From contig DQQH01000258.1 of assembly GCA_015664425.1 (NCBI GenBank), positions 9,359 to 73,358 on the forward strand: a stretch of 64,000 bases of DNA, given 5' to 3'. Shown piece by piece: positions 18,108 to 27,823 of this stretch. Under the pieces are notes generated by a model. It made no database searches and had not been told where the DNA came from. It worked only from the letters and a program-made list of their open reading frames with translations. Within the stretch, counting starts at the first letter, position 1; each line of letters starts with the position of its first letter. The translations under genes were made by a program, and so were the position numbers. The DNA is from Planctomycetota bacterium (GTDB taxonomy: Bacteria; Planctomycetota; UBA8108; UBA1146).

Positions 18108-19517
18108 ATGTGTTCAGTGCCAGGACAGTCCTGCGGGTGTGAAATCAGCCGAAGAGAACTTCTCCGCAGGGGGAGCGCGGGCTTCGGGATGCTCGCTCTC
18201 TCTGGCCTCATCGGGGAAAGCATGCTCGCCGATGAGGGACTGATCTCTCCCCCCCATCACCCGGCGAGGGCGAAGAGGGTGATCTTCCTCTTCATGCATG
18301 GCGGGCCGTCCCAGGTCGATACCTTCGACTACAAACCCCTCCTCGAGCGGGACAACGGCAAGCCCCTGCCATTCTCCAAGCCGCGGGTCACCTTTGCCAA
18401 GACCGGAAACCTGCTGAAATCTCCTTGGGAATTCCGTCAGTACGGTGAATCGGGAATGTGGGTGAGCGACCTCTTCCCCAACGTCGCCACCTGTGTCGAT
18501 GACATTTGTTTCCTCAAGAGTCTTCATGGCACCAACGATGCCCACGGTGGAGCTTTGCTCGCCCTGCACACCGGTTCGGATACCTTCGTTCGCCCAAGCA
18601 TGGGGTCCTGGGCCATCTACGGTCTCGGAAGCGAGAATGAAAACCTCCCCGGTTTCATCACCATCTGCCCGACTCTGGGGCATGGCGGGGTCAACAACTG
18701 GTCTTCCGCCTTCCTCCCCGCGAGTTTCCAGGGGACGCCGATCGGGCATGCTGGTATTCCCGCAAGGAACGCAACCATCAACCATCTGAGCAACAAGCAC
18801 TGGCATCCGGATGTCCAGAAACTCCAGCTGGGCCTGATGCAGGACATCAATCTGGAACACCTCGGGAGCAAGGGGACAGATGACGCCCTCGAGGCTCGCA
18901 TCCGTTCCTTCGAGATGGCTTTCCGGATGCAGGCAGAGGCTCCGATGGTGATGGATCTGTCTGGCGAGACGAAGGAAACACTGGAACTCTACGGAATCGA
19001 TGATTCGAAGACCGAGAATTTCGGGCGGCAGTGCTTGATGGCCCGTCGCTTCGCCGAATCAGGGGTGCGTTTTATTCAATGCACTCACAGTTACAAGTGG
19101 GACCAGCACTCCAACCTCAAGAGCGGACATCAGAACAACGCTCTCGAAGTGGACAGGCCGATCGCGGGCCTGCTCAAGGATCTCAAGTCCCGTGGCCTCC
19201 TCGAAGACACCCTCGTTCTGTGGGGAGGGGAGTTTGGTCGAACTCCGACCGCTCAGGACGGCAACGGACGTGATCACAACCCCCATGGGTTCACGATGTG
19301 GATGGCTGGAGGCGGGGTTCGTGGAGGTAATAGTTACGGAGAGACCGACGACTACGGTTATTATGCTTCGAGAGACAAGGTGCACGTCAACGACCTCCAC
19401 GCGACTCTTCTGCATCTGCTTGGAATCGATCATGAGAAACTGACCTTCCGTCACGCTGGCCGGGATTTCCGGCTTACCGACGTTGCCGGGGAAGTTGTTC
19501 ACGACATCATCGCTTGA
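18108..19517 (+). CDS. DUF1501 (sulfatase-like) protein with twin-arginine signal
   Basis: Tat motif SRRELLRRGSAGFGMLALSGL. FLFMHGGPSQVDTFDYKP is typical of DUF1501. Starts 5 nt after the PSCyt gene stop. Confidence 0.8.
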   Translation: MCSVPGQSCGCEISRRELLRRGSAGFGMLALSGLIGESMLADEGLISPPHHPARAKRVIFLFMHGGPSQVDTFDYKPLLERDNGKPLPFSKPRVTFAKTGNLLKSPWEFRQYGESGMWVSDLFPNVATCVDDICFLKSLHGTNDAHGGALLALHTGSDTFVRPSMGSWAIYGLGSENENLPGFITICPTLGHGGVNNWSSAFLPASFQGTPIGHAGIPARNATINHLSNKHWHPDVQKLQLGLMQDINLEHLGSKGTDDALEARIRSFEMAFRMQAEAPMVMDLSGETKETLELYGIDDSKTENFGRQCLMARRFAESGVRFIQCTHSYKWDQHSNLKSGHQNNALEVDRPIAGLLKDLKSRGLLEDTLVLWGGEFGRTPTAQDGNGRDHNPHGFTMWMAGGGVRGGNSYGETDDYGYYASRDKVHVNDLHATLLHLLGIDHEKLTFRHAGRDFRLTDVAGEVVHDIIA

Positions 19518-19548
19518 TCGTGGAGATCAAGGGTATGAAACGGAATCG

Positions 19549-22017
19549 ATGAGAACACAGGAGGCGAAAAACGAGTGCGGGAGAGTCCAGGCATTCTCTT
19601 GTGCCCTGCTGGTAGCCATGGCGATGAGCGGAAGTGCTCAGGCCGGGCAACCCGAGGTAGATGGTCCCAATCTCCAGCCTGGTCTCATCTACGAGGGCTA
19701 CAACATCGGTGAGGAGCTGACTCGTCTTCCCCGCCTCATCCCGGGGCAGAAACCCAATACCGCCAGGATCGTTTCCACCGTCAACTTCCTCGGAGCGGAA
19801 GATGGCAATAACTTCAAACCTCTCATCGACAAGTTGTTCAACCGGGTGTACGGATTCATGAAAATCCGCCGCACTGGGAATGTCATCTTTCGTCTGAAGT
19901 GCGATGACGGCGGGATCCTGTTCGTCGATGGGGAGATGATTGTCAACAACGATGGTAAGCACGACTCCCAGGGCGTCGATGGGGTGCTTTCCCTGCGTCG
20001 TGGAGTTCACGAAATTCGAATCGAGCACTTCGATGGGGAGGGCGAGGATTCCCTGATCCTGGAGTGGCAACCTCCCGGTGCGAAGGCGTTTCAGATCGCT
20101 CCTGCGGGGCTGTTCTTCCACGACGGGGACGTGGACCTGAGCACCGAAGTGGGACTGAAGAAGGTCGAGAAGATAAACCCGACCGAGGGGTTCTCGAGGG
20201 AAGAGGCGGTCGAGTACGCCATCGAATTGGGGGTCCAGTACCTCCTCTCCGAAGAGGCCCGCTCCATCGGCCCCGCCGAGGGACGTCATCGCCTCGGCCA
20301 CCCCGCCGTCGAGACCTACGCTCTGATCGTTTCCGGGGTGTCTGCGGGCCACCCACAGATCCTGGCGAATTTCGCCTACCTCGACCGGTTTCTGAAGAGT
20401 GACCCCCACACCTATGCCCTCGCCTGCACCATCATGGCCTATGACGCAGCGATCGCTCAGCTGGAGCAGGACCGGATTCTGATGAATCCCCAGGGGGATC
20501 CAGCGGATTGGCTGGGGAACGTCAATCTCGCCCGGTCTCATTACAAGCAGATCGGGGATATCGGCAAGCTCCTCCTCAACAACCAGAACCCCGGAGGGGG
20601 CTGGCGTTACGCTCCCAGGGAGGGTGGAGGTGACATCTCCTGCACTCAATTCGCAGTTCTCGGCCTCGCCGCCGCCTCCAAACGAGGATTCAAGGTCCCC
20701 TTCAAGACCTGGGAAGAGGTCGCGGGTTTCATTTCGAGAATGCAGATCGACAGCGGCCCCGCCACCAGCAAAAGGGTCAGACTGGAGAAGATCGCCGAGC
20801 GAGCAGACTCGAAGAAAGCCGGAGCCCCCGGGTCGCGAAAGGCTGGCCGCAGAGGCGGGACAACCATCGCGCCTGAAGAGGTTCCCTCCCAGGTTCCCAT
20901 CGCGGGTGTCGGCGAGGTGCTGTCGCGGCGTTACGGCTACACCGGGCCTCAGAAGACAAACGATGGTGTGCGGAGCTGGAACCGGACATGTGCGGGTGTT
21001 TCCAGCCTTGCTATCATCGACCATCTCGTCGGCGCTCGATTCGACATCGAAGTGAGGAAGAAGCTCGCCAAAGCCTCTCGTGATGGTTGTGGCTGGATGA
21101 TGGAGAACTGGGCTCCTTTTGGTTGCTACTACGGGATCTACAGCCTCGAGAAGGTCGGCGACACTGGCGGAATCAGGCTCTTCAACGGAATCGATTGGTA
21201 CCACGAAGCGGTCGACTGGCTCCTCGAGAAACAGGAACCCCGGGGTAACTGGACCTCGACATCGATGTGGGGTGAGAACGAGAGAACCACCACGGCTCTG
21301 GCGCTTCTGGTACTCAATCGCGCCACCTCCTATCTGACCCGCAATCCCGCCGACAGAATTATCGCGACAGGTCAGCAGCGCAGAGAGGGTTCAGCGGACC
21401 GCCTGTGGGTCTACATGGAGGAGTTCGACCGGAGCATCTTTGTTCCACAGCTTCTCCGTACCCTCCGTTACCGCCCGCAGAAGAAGATCATGGAGTTCTT
21501 CGCTCGGGTTTGCTCCAGTTATCCGGAGTATTGGCGCCCTGAACTGGTCGAGCCCCTGCTCAGGTTGCGCGTCTCCTGCGATGACAAGCAGATGGCCGCG
21601 ATCATCCAGGACCTTCTCGACTTCGTTTGCGGGGTCGATCTCGGCTCCGACAAGAACTATCGCGAGTGGCTCAGGATGTGGGTGCGGGCGAAGGAGATCG
21701 GGGATATGGAGGATCTCTACGCTCACGCCGAACTCCTCGACATCTATTCTGCCGCTGCTGACTCCGGGCCGTTGAAAGCTGCAACGGTTCGTTCTGCACT
21801 GAGAGTCAATTCCCGCGAGATTCTTCCCCTGCTGCTCGAGGATCTGCTCTCCCCTGTGGCTGAGATTCGCGTGGTTGCTGCCAGGGGAGTGGATGGCCTC
21901 TTTGTAGATCCCGCTCCCTTTTTTGACTGGGCCCTCGAAGTTTCCGAGTTGCAGGAGGCCGCAGCGATGCTGAAACGCTGGGCACTCGAGCAGTCGAAAA
22001 AGGTTTCGAGCGAGTGA
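19549..22017 (+). CDS. Secreted PA14-domain protein with prenyltransferase/terpene-cyclase-like alpha-alpha toroid repeats and a C-terminal HEAT-like region
   Basis: Signal peptide ...AMAMSGSAQA. PA14-like block GLIYEGYNIGEEL...FRLKCDDGGILFVDGE. Repeats such as NPGGGWRY...CTQFAVLGL. Confidence 0.6.
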   Translation: MRTQEAKNECGRVQAFSCALLVAMAMSGSAQAGQPEVDGPNLQPGLIYEGYNIGEELTRLPRLIPGQKPNTARIVSTVNFLGAEDGNNFKPLIDKLFNRVYGFMKIRRTGNVIFRLKCDDGGILFVDGEMIVNNDGKHDSQGVDGVLSLRRGVHEIRIEHFDGEGEDSLILEWQPPGAKAFQIAPAGLFFHDGDVDLSTEVGLKKVEKINPTEGFSREEAVEYAIELGVQYLLSEEARSIGPAEGRHRLGHPAVETYALIVSGVSAGHPQILANFAYLDRFLKSDPHTYALACTIMAYDAAIAQLEQDRILMNPQGDPADWLGNVNLARSHYKQIGDIGKLLLNNQNPGGGWRYAPREGGGDISCTQFAVLGLAAASKRGFKVPFKTWEEVAGFISRMQIDSGPATSKRVRLEKIAERADSKKAGAPGSRKAGRRGGTTIAPEEVPSQVPIAGVGEVLSRRYGYTGPQKTNDGVRSWNRTCAGVSSLAIIDHLVGARFDIEVRKKLAKASRDGCGWMMENWAPFGCYYGIYSLEKVGDTGGIRLFNGIDWYHEAVDWLLEKQEPRGNWTSTSMWGENERTTTALALLVLNRATSYLTRNPADRIIATGQQRREGSADRLWVYMEEFDRSIFVPQLLRTLRYRPQKKIMEFFARVCSSYPEYWRPELVEPLLRLRVSCDDKQMAAIIQDLLDFVCGVDLGSDKNYREWLRMWVRAKEIGDMEDLYAHAELLDIYSAAADSGPLKAATVRSALRVNSREILPLLLEDLLSPVAEIRVVAARGVDGLFVDPAPFFDWALEVSELQEAAAMLKRWALEQSKKVSSE

Positions 22018-22045
22018 GCCCAGCGGCAAGGAATGGTAGTTGCTG

Positions 22046-24145
22046 ATGTCCCCCGTCTTCCTGTGTGTGGTGCTGCTCTTCCCTCCAGTTGCTGTCGATC
22101 CCCCGGAACCGATCGAGCCGTTGCCGTCTGCAAATCAACTGGCCTGGCAAGCGATGGATTACAACGCTTTCGTCCACTTCAACATCAACACCTTTACCGA
22201 TCTGGAGTGGGGGCACGGAACCGAGGACCCCGACACATTTGCTCCACAATCACTCGACTGCCGGCAGTGGTGTCGCATCTTCAAGGAGGCGGGGATGAAA
22301 GGGGTGATCATCACGGCGAAGCACCACGATGGTTTCTGCCTGTGGCCCTCTGAATATTCCGAGCACACCGTGGCCAGGAGTCCCTGGCGAGATGGCAAGG
22401 GGGATCTCCTCCAGGAACTCTCCGATGCCTGCAGTGAGTTCGGTCTGAAGTTTGGGGTCTACCTCTCCCCATGGGATCGTAATCACCCGGCATACGGCGA
22501 TTCTCCCCGGTACAACGAGGTGTTCCGGAACCAGTTGGAAGAGGTCCTCAGCCGCTACGGGGAGGTCTTCGAGGTGTGGTTCGACGGCGCCTGTGGTGAA
22601 GGCCCCAATGGCAAGAGGCAGGTTTACGACTGGCCGTCGTTTCACGAGGTGGTCAAGAGGCTCCAGCCGGGGGCTGTGATCTTCAGCGATGCCGGGCCCG
22701 GGTGCCGATGGGTGGGGAACGAACGCGGCTTCGCTGGTGAGACGAACTGGTCGATGCTGAGGAGAGATGAGTTCTTCCCCGGAACACCGCGCTACCGGGA
22801 GTTGACAGAGGGGCACAGGGACGGCACCCACTGGCTCCCCGCTGAGTGCGATGTTTCGATTCGACCGGGATGGTATTACCACCAGGAGCAGGATGAAAAG
22901 GTCAAGAGTCTCGAGGAACTGATCGAGATCTGGTTCGGGTCGGTCGGTCGTAATGGGTTGTTGCTGCTCAACATTCCCGTCGATCGTCGCGGCCTCGTCC
23001 ACGAGAACGATGCGGTACGGCTTCAGGAATTTCGAGACGCCAGGGAGGCCATATTCGAAAACCGGGCCGCTGGCGCCTCGGTCAGGGCAAGCAATGTGCG
23101 GGGAAAGTCTCCACGCTTCTCAGAAAAAATGATGATAGATGGCGATCCCGAGACTTACTGGGCGACCGATGATGATCTGGAGCGAGCCCAGGTGATGGTG
23201 GAGCTTCCTGCTCCTTCTCTGGTCAGCATGGTCACCATCCGTGAGCCGATCGCCCTCGGACAGAGGATTGCAAGCTTCCTGATCGACGTTCGTGAATCAG
23301 GCACCCTCGTCCGAGTGGCGAGTGGGACGACGGTGGGGAACAGGCGGATCATCCGCTTTCCTCCACGGGTAACGGATGCGATCCGGCTCACCATCGTCGA
23401 GTCCCGGGGGTGCCCTGCGATCTCCGAGATAGAGGTGGGAGCCCTACCGCCACGGGTCGAGATCGTGACCGGGGCCACCCATCTTTCCTCGCCCACCGAG
23501 GTGACCCTGCGATCGGAGACTCCTGGAGCCCGGATTCGCTATACCGTGGATGGCAGCGAGCCGGGAACCGCCTCCCCCCTCTACGAGAGCCCGCTGGTCA
23601 TCGATGGTGATCTGGAGCTGAGAGCGGTCGCTTTCCATCAAGGCCGCCGGGGCATCTTCGAGGCGAGGCAGCGCTTCGAATTTTACAACCAGGATGAATT
23701 TCTTCCGGCGATCCGGTTCATCCGGGCTCCCGAGAGAGGCCTCAACTGGCAGGCCTTCGAAGGAGAGTTCCGCAGCGTTTCGGAACTGGCAGATCGGGAA
23801 CCAGTTGCCACCGGAGAGTGCGAGAAGCCGGAACTCTCGGTGGCCCCACGGTCCGAGCACTTCGGGCTCGTCTTCGGTGGTTTCCTTGAGGTGCCACGGG
23901 ATGGTATCTATGCCTTCGAACTTTCGAGTGACGATGGGAGTCGACTCTGGCTCCACGATCGGCTGCTGGTCGATGGAGATGGATTGCACGGACCCGAGGT
24001 CAGGGGGGGCGCAGTCGGTCTTCGTGCCGGCTGGCACCCGCTACGCATCGCTTATTTCAATGCAACGGGCGAAGCGACCCTCGAACTGAGGTGGAACGGT
24101 CCAGGCCTCAGAGGCAAGGTCCCTTCGCGTTTCTTCGGGCGTTGA
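22046..24145 (+). CDS. GH29 alpha-L-fucosidase with discoidin-like and C-terminal PA14 domains
   Basis: GH29 core AKHHDGFCLWPS ... WFDGA. A signal peptide is present. The C-terminus is PA14-like (FGGFLEVPRDGIYAFELSSDDGSRLWLHDRLLVDGDG). Confidence 0.8.
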   Translation: MSPVFLCVVLLFPPVAVDPPEPIEPLPSANQLAWQAMDYNAFVHFNINTFTDLEWGHGTEDPDTFAPQSLDCRQWCRIFKEAGMKGVIITAKHHDGFCLWPSEYSEHTVARSPWRDGKGDLLQELSDACSEFGLKFGVYLSPWDRNHPAYGDSPRYNEVFRNQLEEVLSRYGEVFEVWFDGACGEGPNGKRQVYDWPSFHEVVKRLQPGAVIFSDAGPGCRWVGNERGFAGETNWSMLRRDEFFPGTPRYRELTEGHRDGTHWLPAECDVSIRPGWYYHQEQDEKVKSLEELIEIWFGSVGRNGLLLLNIPVDRRGLVHENDAVRLQEFRDAREAIFENRAAGASVRASNVRGKSPRFSEKMMIDGDPETYWATDDDLERAQVMVELPAPSLVSMVTIREPIALGQRIASFLIDVRESGTLVRVASGTTVGNRRIIRFPPRVTDAIRLTIVESRGCPAISEIEVGALPPRVEIVTGATHLSSPTEVTLRSETPGARIRYTVDGSEPGTASPLYESPLVIDGDLELRAVAFHQGRRGIFEARQRFEFYNQDEFLPAIRFIRAPERGLNWQAFEGEFRSVSELADREPVATGECEKPELSVAPRSEHFGLVFGGFLEVPRDGIYAFELSSDDGSRLWLHDRLLVDGDGLHGPEVRGGAVGLRAGWHPLRIAYFNATGEATLELRWNGPGLRGKVPSRFFGR

Positions 24146-24179
24146 ATCCCTGATCCACCCCGGGGGGTCGGTGCATCGC

Positions 24180-25601
24180 TCAGACGAAGATAAATGCCAG
24201 GATTTTGTAGAAGAACATCGCAAGGAATGCCCCCGCGGGAACGGTGATGACCCATGAGACGCCGATGTCCCTGACGGTGTGGAGGTTGAGGGCCCCCATT
24301 CCACGGGCGAGACCGACCCCGACAACCGCCCCGACCAGGGTGTGAGTGGTCGAGATCGGCAGGCCGAGTTTCGTTGCCAGGACGATGGTTGCTGCCGCCG
24401 AGAATTCTGCGGTAAACCCCCTTGATGGCGTCAACTCGGTGATCTTGCGGCCGATCGTTTCCATGACACGCCAGCCCCAGGTCGCCAGCCCGGCGACGAT
24501 TCCCAGCCCGCCGAGGGCGAGAGCCCACAGCGGCACCGCCGACTGCATATCGACCGTACCCTCTCTCACTGTCTGGACGACGGCGGAGAGAGGGCCGATG
24601 GCGTTGGCCACATCGTTGGATCCGTGGGCGAAGGCGACGAAACAAGCGCTCAGGATCTGCAGGTAAACGAAGATGCGTTCCACCTTGTTGAGGGCTGGAC
24701 TGTCGGTCGGTCCCTTCTCGGCGGCGAGCTGGGCGCCGAGATTCTCGGTGTGCTTCAAGAGCTCGGAGACCTCGGCCTGGACCTCGCCATCGGAGACCGC
24801 TTGTACCCGTCTCAGGTGCTTTTTGGCCCTGGCAAGGGAAGACGCCAGGTACTGGCTCCTCATCGCGTTTCCAGTCGGTGTGTCATCGTCGACCTGGATC
24901 CTTCGGACCAGGAACCGGGTAACGATGGCGGCAACGAGCCCGACAGGAATGGCTATGGCGAGAGCATTGAAGAAAGAGAGGTCCAGATGCCAGTTCTTCA
25001 GTCCCTTGAAAACCATCGTCAGCGTCAAGATGGTCAAGACGATGAAGGCGAGCACAGGCGCCAGCTGCTTGGTTGCCTTGAGCGGATTGGGTTGGTAAAA
25101 GATTTTTCTGAGGAGCAGACGGAACGTGAAGTAGGCGATGGTTGCGCTCAAGAGCGGGGAGATCAGCCAGCTCGACAGAATCTCACCTACCTTGGGCCAG
25201 TGGACCGCATCGAGGCCGCCGTAGAGGACTCCGAATCCGATGATGGCACCGACGATGGAGTGGGTGGTCGATACCGGCCAGCCGAAGTAGGAGGCGATCT
25301 GGAGCCATGCGCCGGCGGCGAGAAGGGCAGCGAGCATGCCACAGACAAAGGCGGTCGGATCCCCGGCGAAGAGGCTGGAATCGACGATCCCCTTGCGAAC
25401 CGTCTCGGAGACGGGCGAGCCGGCCATGAATGCCCCGCCAAATTCGAGGACAGCGGCGACCAGGACCGCTCTTCTGAGGGTCAGAGCGCCCGATCCCACC
25501 GAGGTTCCCATGGCGTTGGCGACGTCGTTGGCACCGATGTTCCAGGCCATGTAGAAGCCGAAGATACCCGCGAGTGTTAATAGAATGGTTCCGTCGGCCA
25601 T
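24180..25601 (-). CDS. pit: Inorganic phosphate transporter, PiT family
   Basis: Duplicated PHO4 motifs GANDVANAMGTSVGSGAL and GSNDVANAIGPL. The internal ATG at 25601 sits 2 nt after the DUF47 stop. Confidence 0.85.
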   Translation of the reverse strand: MADGTILLTLAGIFGFYMAWNIGANDVANAMGTSVGSGALTLRRAVLVAAVLEFGGAFMAGSPVSETVRKGIVDSSLFAGDPTAFVCGMLAALLAAGAWLQIASYFGWPVSTTHSIVGAIIGFGVLYGGLDAVHWPKVGEILSSWLISPLLSATIAYFTFRLLLRKIFYQPNPLKATKQLAPVLAFIVLTILTLTMVFKGLKNWHLDLSFFNALAIAIPVGLVAAIVTRFLVRRIQVDDDTPTGNAMRSQYLASSLARAKKHLRRVQAVSDGEVQAEVSELLKHTENLGAQLAAEKGPTDSPALNKVERIFVYLQILSACFVAFAHGSNDVANAIGPLSAVVQTVREGTVDMQSAVPLWALALGGLGIVAGLATWGWRVMETIGRKITELTPSRGFTAEFSAAATIVLATKLGLPISTTHTLVGAVVGVGLARGMGALNLHTVRDIGVSWVITVPAGAFLAMFFYKILAFIFV

Positions 25602-25603
25602 GA

Positions 25604-26281
25604 TTATTTCAACTCGAGAGTTGTGCGAACCTTGTCTGCCAGGTTCTCGCTGAGATCGGAGATCTGGGCTATCTCGGCAAGGATTCCGAGCCACAGGTGG
25701 AACTCGCTATACGGCAATTGGTCCTCGAGATTGAAAATGACGCGCAGCAAGCTGCGCTGGCAAAGGTCGACCTCATGTTCCTTGACGGCGACCTCGTGGA
25801 CGATCTCCCGGACTCTTTCTGCTTCTGCGCCTCCAAAGCCGCTCTCCAGAAGTTCATCGAGTTCCTCGATGATTCTGGAGGTGAGCTGGAAACAATCTGT
25901 GCTCTTGGCGCAAAATTCGTTGAACAAGTCCTTCATCGGTTCGGGGACGGTGAGGTTTTTCAGAGTGCAGAGAACCGCCACGTTTTCGGCGGTGTCTGCA
26001 ATTTCATCCTGGGTGGAGAGAATCTCGAGAATCTTCCCGCGGTCTACGGCAAGGAAGAGTCCTCTCGGCAGATGGTTTCTGATGTCGTTTTTGACCAGAT
26101 CTGCTTCGTGTTCGGACTTGGAAATTTTTCGGGCGAGTTCGGCGATCATCGGATGGTCGCCTGCGAGGAACGCCTTGAACAATCCACCCAGTTCATCTAC
26201 GCATTCTCCCACTTTCCGCATGTGGGACTGAAGCGGCACGAAAGGTGATTTTCCGAACAGGCTTGCAAAGGTGCGCATCAA
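25604..26281 (-). CDS. DUF47 / TIGR00153 PhoU-like phosphate transport regulator
   Basis: 225-aa helical protein of the family that always pairs with PiT; translationally coupled to pit. Confidence 0.8.
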   Translation of the reverse strand: MMRTFASLFGKSPFVPLQSHMRKVGECVDELGGLFKAFLAGDHPMIAELARKISKSEHEADLVKNDIRNHLPRGLFLAVDRGKILEILSTQDEIADTAENVAVLCTLKNLTVPEPMKDLFNEFCAKSTDCFQLTSRIIEELDELLESGFGGAEAERVREIVHEVAVKEHEVDLCQRSLLRVIFNLEDQLPYSEFHLWLGILAEIAQISDLSENLADKVRTTLELK

Positions 26282-26480
26282 TTTTCCTCTGGTTCTTCTC
26301 GAGATTCATTCCCGGGCCTGGATCAATTCGGCTACTCACCATTCGCCGGGAAGGATGGCAATTTATCAAAATATGTGAAGGTATTTCTTTTTCCCTGAAT
26401 CCCTCGAGGGCAGCGAATGCGAATAGGGGGCTAGAAAGGCATTTCAGGGGGGGCGCCCCGGAGAATCGACATCCGGAAAA

Positions 26481-26519
26481 TTAAAAGAGCGCCCCGCGGG
26501 ATTCCCGCAGGGCGCTCTT
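26481..26519 (-). terminator. Rho-independent terminator of the downstream OMP gene
   Basis: AAGAGCGCC...GGCGCUCUU stem with an inner CCGCGGG/CCCGC stem, followed on the minus strand by UUUUAAUUUU. Confidence 0.5.
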
Positions 26520-26544
26520 CTGGGGGGCGAAAAAACCGCTGCTT

Positions 26545-27120
26545 CTACCAGTTCCAGCCTAGAGAGATTCCGACCGACTGGCGGTCGAAAGCCTTGTCGT
26601 CGTAAATACAGCTGCGGTAATCGAAACCGATGTGAGCATTGTCCCCGAGATGGATGTAGCCGCCACCGTGGAAATAGAAACCCGTTTCCGATGCATCGAC
26701 TCCGTTGTTGGTCGAGTCGAGCAGAGCGATTCCACCACCGCCAAAAGCTGAGAAGGGAGTGAAGGGGAAGTTGGCGGTGACCCGTCCACCCGCGACGAAC
26801 TCAGCGAAGCGTAGTTCGATCGGCCCATCCTTTTCCCCGACCACGTTCACTCCCACCTCAGGGGCGAGGTACCATTCGCTCTTGCGAGCGCTGACCATCA
26901 CGCCACCACCATCGACCGACTTGTAAATGTTCAGATCCGAATTGGTGCCATAGTCATAGACTGCGCTGTGGAAACTCACTGTCCCGCTGTAGGGGGACAG
27001 GTTCGGCTGTTCGACGCCGGAGAAGGGCGATTTTGCTTCCGGGCGGAAGCGCACGAAATCTTCGTCAACGGCACAACCCGCGCAGAGGAGCAACAGGCAG
27101 AGCATCAATGGGACTCGCAT
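26545..27120 (-). CDS. Outer-membrane beta-barrel lipoprotein (OmpA-like N-terminal barrel type)
   Basis: Lipobox LLLLCAGCAV. The beta-strand periodicity and ...SLGWNW C-terminus fit a small OMP barrel. The internal ATG was chosen (MRVPLM). Confidence 0.5.
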   Translation of the reverse strand: MRVPLMLCLLLLCAGCAVDEDFVRFRPEAKSPFSGVEQPNLSPYSGTVSFHSAVYDYGTNSDLNIYKSVDGGGVMVSARKSEWYLAPEVGVNVVGEKDGPIELRFAEFVAGGRVTANFPFTPFSAFGGGGIALLDSTNNGVDASETGFYFHGGGYIHLGDNAHIGFDYRSCIYDDKAFDRQSVGISLGWNW

Positions 27121-27159
27121 CGTCCGCTGGCCTTTCTCAGGGTTCACCTTCCGATGAAC

Positions 27160-27200
27160 CGTTGGAATGGGGGAAGCGGGAGAATCGAACTCCCGCTGGC
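27160..27200 (-). other. tRNA-like 3' element (T-arm plus acceptor-like strand) without a foldable cloverleaf
   Basis: The minus strand reads GCGGGAG-UUCGAUU-CUCCCGC-UUCCCCCA, a near-consensus T-stem-loop followed by an acceptor-like strand. No D arm, anticodon arm or matching 5' acceptor strand was found. Confidence 0.3.
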
Positions 27201-27795
27201 CGGTGGTGCCGATCCCACCCTCGACAGCAGTGTCGGGAGGGAAGAAACGGGTGCACCCCAGGCACGCTTCATTCTTTCACCGAGTCGGGATTCTAGTCAG
27301 GACAGCCCGCCGCGGCAAGGTAGCCGCTGAGGTCCGCGGGGGACCCGGTTCCACTCCGACCCGCCCTCTTCCCGGTCCCAAGCCTCGGTTCGGGGGCTTC
27401 CTCGGATCGAGCACTGGGTTCCCTTGAGAGGGGATCGGCGAATTCGAGCTCGAGTTGCGGCCCTCGAGGAGGGTCTGGCCAGCGGACGGTCCCAAGGGAG
27501 AGCGAGCCCCTTCCCGGGTGAATTCCCACCATCCTCGCCGACTGAGTTCGCAGAATGATTCAGTTTCTTCCGGTTGAAGCCTGATCTTCACCCCGATGAT
27601 GGGGACCACGGCGGTGGTTGTCCTCCTCTACTGGCGGTCCCACGGGGGCGGCCAATGCCACCGGGGGGATCCTGGCAAATGGGGCCACCCGAGGGGGCCG
27701 AAGGGGCGGACGGCTGATCCTGAAGCGCTGTCGCAAGCGTCACTCCCTGGTGGACTTCCGCTGACAAAAGGGGGCAAATGAGGGCTGCCCATCCC

Positions 27796-27823
27796 TTGAC
27801 ACCGATGGGGTATCGCGTAGGAT
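27796..27823 (+). promoter_or_regulatory. Sigma70-like promoter candidate for the pilB operon (TTGACA-16-TAGGAT)
   Basis: cccTTGACAccgatggggtatcgcgTAGGATttc in a 1.2-kb non-coding stretch, about 510 nt upstream of the first pilB start. Confidence 0.35.

Noticed and set aside
16931-21204. Long antisense ORFs opposite the PSCyt, DUF1501 and PA14 genes (16931..18223, 18114..18860, 19507..21204)
   Set aside because: The sense-strand genes carry signal peptides and diagnostic domain motifs. The antisense translations have no motifs and a biased composition.
27121-27700. Calling the tRNA-like element a canonical tRNA or a complete one-piece tmRNA
   Set aside because: I could not build the D or anticodon arms. 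I also found no 5' acceptor strand complementary to GCUUCCCCC and no resume-codon or tag ORF ending in ..AA-stop. It is kept only as a tRNA-like fragment.
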